In this document: in pieces, positions 55,193 through 64,000 of the stretch | Position numbering within the stretch: position 1 is the first letter of the stretch | How the letters are laid out: each line of letters opens with the position of its first letter | From: Sulfolobales archaeon HS-7 | Lineage (GTDB): Archaea > Thermoproteota > Thermoprotei_A > Sulfolobales > Sulfolobaceae | Direction of reading: 5' to 3' | Length of the DNA: 64,000 nt | NCBI GenBank assembly: GCA_019704295.1 | Contig: AP024596.1 | Span: forward strand, 448,001 to 512,000 | Notes under the pieces: generated by a model | The model's database searches: none | Told to the model about the DNA's origin: nothing | Seen by the model: the letters and a program-made list of their open reading frames with translations, nothing else | Translations under genes and position numbers: made by a program

Positions 55193-55329
55193 ACGTATTG
55201 ATGAGTAGTCAAATCTACGAACAGTAAACTTAGATCGATTTTAAGAAAGAGTTACCTTCGAGGAATTCTTCTCACTACGGTTAAGGATATCGTAAAAAGT
55301 TTTTTTACATTTTCTGTAAATAAGGCGAT

Positions 55330-56115
55330 ATGGCAAATGTAGACGGCGTTGATAAGCATATACTGATGTCGTTATTTTACAATGGAAGATTATCGCAGAG
55401 AGCGATAGCCACTAAACTAAAGGCAAACCCCCCTTCAATCAATTACAGGTTTAGTAAACTCGAATCAGATAAAATCTTATTGGGATATGACCTCTACGTC
55501 AATCCGAACAGTCTCGGAAAATATCATGCATTTATAGCTCTTTCTAATACTGAGAACATTAAGGAATTTTACACAGCCTTTAGGTGCCTTGAAGAGATAA
55601 ACCTCTATCAAATAATAGTTAGTAATGAATCTTACCTTTCTGAATTAATTGAGAGATATAAGCCCTTGATGTCTTACATTCCAAGGCAAGATATAAAGCC
55701 GCTTTTATCCTTCGATAAAAGAATAATACAAACATTGGTGAATAATCCTAGACTTGATATTCATGAGATATCTCAGAAATTTAAGACCTCTAGCAGGACA
55801 ATAAAAAGACACCTAGAATTCTTGCAGAAAAACGATATAGTGAAAGTAATACCAAGGGTTAATCTAGATGAAGCTGGACTAGTAATGGGAATAATATTTT
55901 CTAGGAACGGCTCACAAATAGGTCCTGTAGTCTCCCATTACTCCTTCTTTAATATTGATAATGAAAAAGATTCTTTATATATTTTTGTAGCCGACAACCT
56001 TTCAAGAGCTAAGCAAATAATTAGTAAGGCAAGGCAAATTGACCCAGAGACTAAAGTCATGATAGTATATGAGTATGAAGTTAACAGCGCTTTAATTAGT
56101 GAACTTTTACTTTAA
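55330..56115 (+). CDS. Tandem wHTH (Lrp/AsnC-like) transcription regulator
   Basis: Two HTH repeats (D..IL..L..NGR.S...IA; DKRII..L..NPR....I). Confidence 0.8.
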   Translation: MANVDGVDKHILMSLFYNGRLSQRAIATKLKANPPSINYRFSKLESDKILLGYDLYVNPNSLGKYHAFIALSNTENIKEFYTAFRCLEEINLYQIIVSNESYLSELIERYKPLMSYIPRQDIKPLLSFDKRIIQTLVNNPRLDIHEISQKFKTSSRTIKRHLEFLQKNDIVKVIPRVNLDEAGLVMGIIFSRNGSQIGPVVSHYSFFNIDNEKDSLYIFVADNLSRAKQIISKARQIDPETKVMIVYEYEVNSALISELLL

Positions 56116-56135
56116 TTACATAGGAGGGGATTTAC

Positions 56136-56396
56136 CTAGCAATTGGACGAGGATGAGTTTTTCTTCGTGCTTCTTCTTTTGATTACTATATGGTAAACGT
56201 TCCCTTTCTTCTCTGCACTGGTTAACTCCTGTTCTAAAGTCTTAACTCCCTCAACAATCATATCATAACATTTCTGATCAGATGTAATCACCTCTAACGT
56301 ATCCCCTTCTTTCATCTTAGTTAGCGTTGCCATTGCCTTAATAAAGGGGATCGGGCATTCCTCAGACGTCAAGTCCATAACCTTTGACAAAATCAC
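56136..56396 (-). CDS. TusA/SirA-family sulfur carrier
   Basis: DL....CPIP, GD.LEVIT.D; overlaps the selD-like stop by 4 nt. Confidence 0.88.
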   Translation of the reverse strand: MILSKVMDLTSEECPIPFIKAMATLTKMKEGDTLEVITSDQKCYDMIVEGVKTLEQELTSAEKKGNVYHIVIKRRSTKKNSSSSNC

Positions 56397-57781
56397 ACCA
56401 CCTCAAACTGTCCAAGTATATTTTTCCTAACTATTAGTTCTGCTATATCCTGAGGCGCGATGACTTTTCCTTCGCTTTTCGATACTACTTCACCAATAAT
56501 TGAGGGTTGACCTCCAGCCTTATGAATTCTCTCAGCTACCTCATCAATTACATGTCCTTTAGCGAAAATCACTATTCCCCCATTCGTACCAGCTGTGGAA
56601 TTGGGTATAACGAAGTTTTCTGTCGAGAACTTGCAGATTCCCTTATCAATTACAGGGATCTCATCCAACCTTATGGTTACTCCTGCCTTATCGGCGAACT
56701 CCTTTACTACGAAGACTCCAGGCCCTGATACATCTGTTGTCATAGCTATGTGTTCGTTGGGATCGAAGGTCTTTCCAAACTCAGGTAAATGTTCGTAAAT
56801 CACCTTAGCAACGTCGAAGTTAGGCTTTGCCATAAGTTCTATAGCTTCATGCTTTATCTTACTCACGTAACCAACTGATATTCCCGTCTTCTCTAGATCC
56901 TCAATCATATCTGGATTTATCATAAGCCACATATAGAGGTTGATAGGAGTTAATTCCCCCATAGGTCTTGTTACTAATATTTTCATTCCTGGTTCAACAT
57001 CACCATAAAAGGTGGGTAGTTCGTGATCTGTCTCACCTATTACCGTAGCCCCCTGCATAAACGTACCAGTAGTCGGCTGAATCTCATCGACTAATTCGAC
57101 TTTATACTCTTGAGAGTACTTTACGAAGTTATTTCGTATACTCTCTGTAACCTTAAGGTCGGGAGAATCGTAAACTGGTATGATCTTTATGTTCTTAAAG
57201 GTGCCCTTTGCGAATAAGTCGTTTAACGAATTGGAAATAGCCACTTGGGTATGCGTATAAGAAGTAGGTTCCTCCACTGGGTCAATTATTTGAATTGTAT
57301 CGTTGTTAGTTAGTGTATACGATTTCCTAGTATTACCCTTTAGTCTAATAGCATCGATTACTGCAACTTCTCCATTCGGATTAGACGTAATTATCGAATG
57401 CCCCTTACCAATTATCAGTTTATGGGATGTTTTTATTGATAAATATGTTTTTAGAAGGAATTGAGAAAATAGTTCTGGATCCCCCCCAGTTTTCTGATTA
57501 ACCTGAATTAGCGAAACTGCTCTGTCTGCGTCAAAGTTACCCCCATTAATAAGCCGTTTAATCTCAAAATCCTGCGAGATGAATATGTCTGCGTCTTCGC
57601 GAGGGGAAATCTCTATATTGTTAGCGAGCAATACTTCCTTTATTTTCTTGATTGCGGGATATACTATATCGATCAAGTCAACCTTTACTGCACACCCAGT
57701 AGCTAATGATAGCGGATTAATGCCCATAGATTTGTATTTGTTAACTCCCTCCATGAACTTCCTTTGTTCGTCCTCATACAT
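56393..57781 (-). CDS. Crenarchaeal SelD-like (PurM-superfamily) protein
   Basis: [36 protein letters not shown]. Confidence 0.85.
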   Translation of the reverse strand: MYEDEQRKFMEGVNKYKSMGINPLSLATGCAVKVDLIDIVYPAIKKIKEVLLANNIEISPREDADIFISQDFEIKRLINGGNFDADRAVSLIQVNQKTGGDPELFSQFLLKTYLSIKTSHKLIIGKGHSIITSNPNGEVAVIDAIRLKGNTRKSYTLTNNDTIQIIDPVEEPTSYTHTQVAISNSLNDLFAKGTFKNIKIIPVYDSPDLKVTESIRNNFVKYSQEYKVELVDEIQPTTGTFMQGATVIGETDHELPTFYGDVEPGMKILVTRPMGELTPINLYMWLMINPDMIEDLEKTGISVGYVSKIKHEAIELMAKPNFDVAKVIYEHLPEFGKTFDPNEHIAMTTDVSGPGVFVVKEFADKAGVTIRLDEIPVIDKGICKFSTENFVIPNSTAGTNGGIVIFAKGHVIDEVAERIHKAGGQPSIIGEVVSKSEGKVIAPQDIAELIVRKNILGQFEVV

Positions 57782-57838
57782 AAGTAATAAGAATGAAAAT
57801 GCTAATTTAAAAGTAACTAAGGTTGAAAATAATCTGAT

Positions 57839-59098
57839 TTATAAACTTCCGTTTTTATTTAAAGATTTAAAGATATAAGAAGATATAAGTAAAAGTGCCC
57901 CAGCTAGCCCGAAATCGACATCAAATCCTATATAATGAGATATATATCCCGATAAAAGTGAACCCATTAGTTGGGCAATCCCTACCATAGTGCTGTATAC
58001 ACCTAATCCAGTACCCTGCCTCCTTTCTCCAACTACCTTAAATACTAAAGTCGTTGAGGAAATATAGTATATTGCGTATGCGACTCCAGCCGCGAGAGGA
58101 TACATAACAAGGCTAATTCCAATGAGATATGCTCCCACGAGAAACGCCGACGTAATACCTATTCCAATATATGTGATCCCTCTTAATATCAGCGATAAAT
58201 AGGAAGATAAATGTTCACCTATTTTTTTCACTACGTCTCCAGCTTTCATGAACGATATAGTCTGTACTATCATTCCGACCGTTATAACTACCATTACGTC
58301 TAACTCGCTTATGCCGCTCCTATAGAGAGCTACTGGGAACTGCGTATTAAAAAGTCCGCTAGATATGTAGAAAATGAATATTGCCAAATAGAGCAAAGGA
58401 ACGTAATTTATTAAGCCGTTCCTAAGTCTTGACAACGAGAATAACTTGAAATGATTAAGATTAGGAAAATGAAGAAAGATTAAAGGATGCATCTTCAGCC
58501 TGGTTATAAAAGAGTCCTTATGATGAACCATTGCAGTCCTTTCTATTATAGAATGAGTATTCGGAACTAACTTCAATGATGCGAGGAAAGATATAACCTC
58601 AATAAATCCTAATACTTCGATAACCTCGAATATATGAAAGATAGGTGTTATTACTGAGGAAAAAACATATCCTACGACACCGCCTATGGAAGACAACATA
58701 GAAAGGGTTGAGAATTCGGTCGCCCAATCCTTCTTCGGAACGGATTCCATAAGTAGAAGGTTGATCGGGGTATTGTAACCTACATTACAAAAAACAACAA
58801 ATGAGTACAAAATTGAAATTTCCGGTATACTCTTAAATAGAGGGAAGAGAAGTAAACCTAGCGAAGTAGTTCCAAAGCTCACCACCACTAGTAATTTCCT
58901 GTTGAACCTATCAGCTGCCTTTCCCCATATATAGGACGCTGGTATTAAAATTAGGTTTCCAAGAGTAATTACATTACCGACGTCAATAGCGTTTCCCCCT
59001 AGTGAAAGTATATCTAATGTAACCAAAGTTGATATTGGAGCCAATGCCATGTTTACTGGGAGCGTTATCCACATCCAGCTTCTTTTAACACTAATCAT
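57839..59098 (-). CDS. MFS transporter
   Basis: WGKAADRFNRK motif A, about 12 TM helices; alternative TTG start at 59125. Confidence 0.88.
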   Translation of the reverse strand: MISVKRSWMWITLPVNMALAPISTLVTLDILSLGGNAIDVGNVITLGNLILIPASYIWGKAADRFNRKLLVVVSFGTTSLGLLLFPLFKSIPEISILYSFVVFCNVGYNTPINLLLMESVPKKDWATEFSTLSMLSSIGGVVGYVFSSVITPIFHIFEVIEVLGFIEVISFLASLKLVPNTHSIIERTAMVHHKDSFITRLKMHPLIFLHFPNLNHFKLFSLSRLRNGLINYVPLLYLAIFIFYISSGLFNTQFPVALYRSGISELDVMVVITVGMIVQTISFMKAGDVVKKIGEHLSSYLSLILRGITYIGIGITSAFLVGAYLIGISLVMYPLAAGVAYAIYYISSTTLVFKVVGERRQGTGLGVYSTMVGIAQLMGSLLSGYISHYIGFDVDFGLAGALLLISSYIFKSLNKNGSL

Positions 59099-59497
59099 GA
59101 ACTGTTTCTCCTTTAACTGATTCAACCTAAGTTTTGATTTAAAATATTACCCCAATGTAGTCTAAGACTACTTATATCACCGCACTTAAGGACAGTAGCG
59201 AGATGCTATCCAAAAGCTGCTTGAATACAGTACTCACGAATATTTAGAAGTCCAGCACGTAGCTAGATCTTCATGTAAAATACGTCTTAAGTTATGCTTT
59301 ACTACCTGCTCCCTTAACATTAAATTGACAAACCTAGGATTTCCATAAAGTTGCCTTTCATCAAGATAACGTAGACAGTAAAGGATGTGATGAAATCTGT
59401 TTGAAATGTTAGGATTAGTAGCAAACAAATTAGTAATGTAATATATTCCATATTAATCTCGATAATTTTATATAACTAGTTGTGAATTAAAAGTTTA

Positions 59498-60661
59498 ATG
59501 AAGGTTATAGTTCTAGGCGCTGACGGTTACTTAGGTTGGCCGCTAGCGTTAAGGCTTTCAGCTAGAGGTCACGAAGTAGTAGGAGTTGATAACTTATTTA
59601 CAAGGACAACCGTTGAGAATAGTGGAAGCAGTAGCGCTATACCCATACCACCCCCAGAAAGTAGAATTGAAGCAGCAAGAAACATACATGGTTTTGATAT
59701 TAAGTTTATAAAGGAAGATATAACAAAGCCTGGTTTCCTTAGAGAGTTAATAGAGAAGGAGAAACCAGATGCTGTAGTTGATTTCGCAGAGCAGAGAAGT
59801 GCTCCCTATTCAATGAAAGGGGAGAACGAGAAAGTCCATACAATAGTGAATAACTTAGTGGGCACAATAAGGCTAATAGAAGCTGTAAAGTCGGTAGATC
59901 CATCGATTCACATATTGAAAATGGGTACGATGGGGGAATACGGTACTCCGAACTTCGATATTCCAGAATCACCTTTTGTTCAAGCGATAATAGGTGGAAA
60001 ACAGGACAGGATCATAACTCCGAAAAAAGCAGGTTCAATTTATCACTATTCAAAAGTATTTGATACGTACATATTCCTATTTGAGAATGAGGTATCTAAT
60101 ATAACGGCAACAGACATAATGCAGGGTCCTGTTTATGGAACCAGAACTTCTGAAATAATTCACGAATCTCTTCACACTAGGTTTGACTTTGATGAGACTT
60201 GGGGGACTGTTGTTAACAGATTCTGTGTGGAGGCAGTAATAGGAACTCCACTTACTCCTTACGGTAAGGGAGGTCAGACTAGAGGATTTCTATCCCTAGA
60301 GGACAGTATGGAAGCATTAACTTTACTCCTGGAGAATCCTCCCAAACCTGGAGAATATAGAGTCGCAAACCAGTTCACGGAAATATATAGTATAAGGCAG
60401 ATAGCAGATATGGTAAAGAACGCAGCCGAAGCATTAGGTTTAAAGGTGAGTATTCAACAAGTCGAAAATCCAAGGATAGAAGCTGAACAACATTACTACA
60501 ACCCCGAAATAAAACTTCTACCCTCTTTGGGATTTAAGCCTAAAAGGAGAATGGAAGACGAACTAAAAAGTATGATTAAAGACTTACTGCCGTATAAAGA
60601 AAGGATCTCTCAATACTCACATGTAATCCTTCCTAAAACGAAGTGGAGAACTAAGAGATAA
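59498..60661 (+). CDS. agl3: UDP-sulfoquinovose synthase (SqdB/Agl3)
   Basis: LGADGYLGWP, AEQRSAPYSM, KMGTMGEYGTPN, YHYSK, NPRIEAE.HYY. Confidence 0.92.
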   Translation: MKVIVLGADGYLGWPLALRLSARGHEVVGVDNLFTRTTVENSGSSSAIPIPPPESRIEAARNIHGFDIKFIKEDITKPGFLRELIEKEKPDAVVDFAEQRSAPYSMKGENEKVHTIVNNLVGTIRLIEAVKSVDPSIHILKMGTMGEYGTPNFDIPESPFVQAIIGGKQDRIITPKKAGSIYHYSKVFDTYIFLFENEVSNITATDIMQGPVYGTRTSEIIHESLHTRFDFDETWGTVVNRFCVEAVIGTPLTPYGKGGQTRGFLSLEDSMEALTLLLENPPKPGEYRVANQFTEIYSIRQIADMVKNAAEALGLKVSIQQVENPRIEAEQHYYNPEIKLLPSLGFKPKRRMEDELKSMIKDLLPYKERISQYSHVILPKTKWRTKR

Positions 60662-61103
60662 GAGGATAACTAACTACACTGCCGTATAAGTCCCTTACAA
60701 CTATAGGAAACTTCACTTTTTCAATCAATGCTTTAATTAATGGGTACATTGTGGGCGTCATAGGTAGCCTAATTGCCTCCGATAATGGGAAAAACCTTAC
60801 CTCTTTAGCATCGCTGGAGGCTGATGCTTCTCCATTTACTACGGAAGATACGTAATCGAAAATAACATAGTGATAATTTTCTCTGACTGCTTCTACGATC
60901 GCTGCCAGTTTCTCTATCTTTACGTTAAGATTAGTTTCCTCGCTAACTTCCCTTTTAACTGCCTGTTCAATTGACTCACCGAACTTGACTTTACCGCCAG
61001 GAACGGCCCACATTCCCTTATTGGGCTCGTGACCCCTCTTAATTAACAGTATTTTATCCTCTCGTAGTATTATTCCGCCTACTGCTACTAAAGGAATATT
61101 CAT
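60651..61103 (-). CDS. NUDIX hydrolase
   Basis: Nudix box PGGKVKFGESIEQAVKREVSEETNL. Confidence 0.92.
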   Translation of the reverse strand: MNIPLVAVGGIILREDKILLIKRGHEPNKGMWAVPGGKVKFGESIEQAVKREVSEETNLNVKIEKLAAIVEAVRENYHYVIFDYVSSVVNGEASASSDAKEVRFFPLSEAIRLPMTPTMYPLIKALIEKVKFPIVVRDLYGSVVSYPLIS

Positions 61104-61280
61104 TATAATAATCTTGTTAGGGTAGGTATAAGTATGTAACCCATTTAAAAAAGTTAGATTTCGTAATACCTCGCTGCTAACCCTCGGATCACGATAAGAG
61201 TACTTTATATTCTAATATGCTAGTTTAGGAGGTTATGCGTTATATTACTAATACTACAGAAGTAAGAATATAGGGTAAAA

Positions 61281-62762
61281 TTGAAGCTAACAAGCTTTTA
61301 TGTTAGTAACTTCAAGGGATTGAGAGAGGCCAAGTTTGATAACCTAAATGGTATTAATGTAATCGTTGGATACAATGGATACGGGAAGACTAATGTGTTG
61401 TCTGCGATTTACATGTTCTTAAAGAATATGGAACTGGGGTTAGATAAGAAGGCGATGGACGACCCCAATCAAGAGTATATACTTTGGTGGAAAGATTACG
61501 ATATATCTAAACCGATAATCATGAGCGGGAAACTCTTATTTCCTGCTGGAGAGGCTCAGCGAATAGCGGATACACAGAGGGACATTTCGCTCGACGTGAG
61601 TATGGAGTTAACGTATTCAAAAAATCAGGTGAGCTGGAAGACCAGGGATTTTCTGATAAACGGACGCTCACCTTCAGGTGAGGACATACAAGACATCAGG
61701 AAATTTCTAGCGTATGTAAAGGAAAATGTGGATTACATACCTATATTTGACCAAAACTTCTTCGAGCAAACTTTACGAAAGATGGCTGAGATGAACAGAT
61801 CTCCTATAAATCTTCGAAAGTATTGGTATGATTTCGTAAACTTAACGAGTAAGGTCATTCCCGAGATTAAGGGTTTGGAATTCTGGGAGTTTAAGAAGCT
61901 CGTATTGAACGTGTATAATACTCCCATTTACATCGATATAGTTGCGAGCGGGTTCCAAAAGGTAGTGCTTATGCTGTTCGTGTTATGGCTAAGCGCAAAT
62001 AAGATTCTCTTAATCGAAGAACCGGAAGTAAATATGCACCCGCTCCTTCAAATAAAGGTCTCTAAGTTAATAAGGAAGTGGGCAGATGAAGATGTCTTCC
62101 AGGTGTTTCTTACAACTCATTCCCCATACTTTACTAGTCAGGATATTAGAAAGTTTATTATAATGAGGAGGAATGGAACTTATGGGACAGCCCACTCCCT
62201 TGATATAACGGATGAACTTAAGCTGACCATGTCAATGCTTGGAATCTCCCTGAGCGACTTACTTTTTTCGCGAACTATTATTTTAACTGGAGAACAGTTG
62301 GAACCACCGCTAGTTAATGCATGGCTATACAAAATTTCCGTCGATCCAGAGGAATTAGGAATTAAGGTATTTAAGGTAAGGGGAGATATAGATTTACAAT
62401 TATGGCTGAAAATTAAGGACACAGTCCCTCTGCGAATAATGTTCCTAGGACTTTGTGAGAAGTTAAATGATAACAATAGAGACAGTTGTGTATCCTTTAA
62501 TAAAGATGTGGAGACGTTCTACGACAGAAACGTTATCATTAACATTCTGAAAGAAATGGGAATATATCCAGATGATAAGGAAATGAGAGAACTAGGAAAG
62601 GATGATATATCAAAGTGGATATTAGGCGTCATGAAGCGCAGAGGGTACGAATATTCTTGGTACAGGGAGAATGTAAGTAGAATTATTGCCGAGATGGATA
62701 ATGTAGAAGTACCTCGGGAGATCGAAGTACTCGCAAATAAAATAAAAAGTGTTGAGGTTTAA
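61281..62762 (+). CDS. OLD/AAA_15-like ABC-type ATPase with degenerate C-terminal TOPRIM-like region
   Basis: [33 protein letters not shown]. Confidence 0.8.
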   Translation: MKLTSFYVSNFKGLREAKFDNLNGINVIVGYNGYGKTNVLSAIYMFLKNMELGLDKKAMDDPNQEYILWWKDYDISKPIIMSGKLLFPAGEAQRIADTQRDISLDVSMELTYSKNQVSWKTRDFLINGRSPSGEDIQDIRKFLAYVKENVDYIPIFDQNFFEQTLRKMAEMNRSPINLRKYWYDFVNLTSKVIPEIKGLEFWEFKKLVLNVYNTPIYIDIVASGFQKVVLMLFVLWLSANKILLIEEPEVNMHPLLQIKVSKLIRKWADEDVFQVFLTTHSPYFTSQDIRKFIIMRRNGTYGTAHSLDITDELKLTMSMLGISLSDLLFSRTIILTGEQLEPPLVNAWLYKISVDPEELGIKVFKVRGDIDLQLWLKIKDTVPLRIMFLGLCEKLNDNNRDSCVSFNKDVETFYDRNVIINILKEMGIYPDDKEMRELGKDDISKWILGVMKRRGYEYSWYRENVSRIIAEMDNVEVPREIEVLANKIKSVEV

Positions 62763-64000
62763 TTTCCTCCTCTAGCTTTCATTGCCTTAATGACTCTTTC
62801 AACTGCTATTGCCATTGCTGAAGTTCTGAAGTCCTGATCTCCCAGTTTGTTATACTCCTTATACATTTCATCAAACGCCTTTTCCATCCTCGATATTATT
62901 AACTTTTTCGCTTCATCCTCTTCCATTATTTGACCCATTCTATTGTTTGCCCATTCAATATAAGAGCCTACTACTCCCCCTGAATTAGCCAAGATGTCTG
63001 GAATTACAGGTACTCCCCTTTGTTTCATAACATCGTCCGCGTCTGCAGTTAACGGACCGTTAGCTCCTTCTACAATAAGCTTAGCTTTAACTTTAGGTGC
63101 ATTATACTTAGTTATTACGTTTTCTATCGCCCCTGGTATTAGTATGTCGCAATCCTGAATTAATAGCTCATCGTTAGTCATTTTTTTAGCATCGGGATAC
63201 TCCGACACGCTTCCGTTTTTATCCTTATACTCCTTTACTTTTTGTACGTCTATTCCGTTAGGATTATATATAGCTCCTTTTGAATCGCTAATTCCTGTTA
63301 TTTTCGCACCCATTTGTGATAAGAATACTGCAGCGTAGTATGATAAATTACCAAATCCCTGTATCACTACTGTCTTGTCATTGAGTCCGTCTAAAAGCTT
63401 CTCCGAAGCCCTTTTCGTAATAGTAGCTACACCTAGCCCAGTACTGTATTCCCTAACTGCAAGTCCTCCTAGATCTATTGGTTTACCAGTGAATGAGGCA
63501 AAGTCTATTTTCCCCGTGGTCTTTATGTACTGATCCACGAACCACGCCATTACTTGGGAGTCGGTATTGACGTCGGGTGCAGGGATGTCAATTTCACTTC
63601 CCACGTATTTATTTATACTCTCAACGTATTTTCTGGAAACTTCTTCTAATTCCCTCTTTGATAGCTTTCTAGGTTCTAATTTAATTCCACCCTTTCCACC
63701 ACCATATGGAAGCAATAGTAACGAGTTCTTCCACGTCATTATCATTGAAAGGGCTATTACTTCATCCTGCGTTACGTTAGGATGATATCTTACTCCTCCC
63801 TTATATGGACCCAGTGCACTATTATGTTGAGATCTCCAACCGAGAAAAGTCTTTATTTTCCCATCGTCTCCCTTAATAGAGATTTTTACCTGTAAGACTC
63901 TTTCAGGTATAGACAGGGATTCTAAAACATCTTGTGGTAAACCTAATACGTTCCCTACGTGGTATAGTTTCTTTAACTGCTGTGCATAGAGACTTGAGGA
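62759..64000 (-). CDS. gdhA: Glutamate dehydrogenase, 5' end beyond the window
   Basis: [39 protein letters not shown]; frame open to position 64000. Confidence 0.95.
   Translation of the reverse strand, partial: SSSLYAQQLKKLYHVGNVLGLPQDVLESLSIPERVLQVKISIKGDDGKIKTFLGWRSQHNSALGPYKGGVRYHPNVTQDEVIALSMIMTWKNSLLLLPYGGGKGGIKLEPRKLSKRELEEVSRKYVESINKYVGSEIDIPAPDVNTDSQVMAWFVDQYIKTTGKIDFASFTGKPIDLGGLAVREYSTGLGVATITKRASEKLLDGLNDKTVVIQGFGNLSYYAAVFLSQMGAKITGISDSKGAIYNPNGIDVQKVKEYKDKNGSVSEYPDAKKMTNDELLIQDCDILIPGAIENVITKYNAPKVKAKLIVEGANGPLTADADDVMKQRGVPVIPDILANSGGVVGSYIEWANNRMGQIMEEDEAKKLIISRMEKAFDEMYKEYNKLGDQDFRTSAMAIAVERVIKAMKARGGN

Overview
AT-rich chromosomal window from a crenarchaeon, most likely Sulfolobales (inferred from gene content: KD(P)G aldolase, GAPN, UDP-sulfoquinovose synthase, DUF929, crenarchaeal SelD-like/TusA pair, SSV-type integrase remnant). 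It holds about 50 protein genes, mostly metabolic, transport or housekeeping, and one tRNA-Ala(TGC). There is no rRNA and no CRISPR array. A decayed island at the tRNA 3' end contains an SSV-type intN fragment, an ISH3-like IS pseudogene, vapBC and MITEs. The long intergenic gaps are filled with at least six families of diverged non-coding repeats. Most interesting are five ~190-305 bp tnpB-less mini-elements that keep only the IS200/IS605- or IS607-type left end plus the tnpB 3'/omega-RNA right end, i.e. candidate stand-alone guide-RNA cassettes. Other points of note: a coupled sedolisin + PNGase A-like surface operon; a secreted-protein/membrane-protein pair bracketed by a dispersed ~35-bp motif; twin palindromes over the start of an ATPase-wHTH gene; a thiolase lacking the catalytic Cys, paired with DUF35; an OLD-like ATPase with a degenerate TOPRIM; and a triplicated gene 3' end. 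All family calls come from motif recognition by eye; no database search was run.
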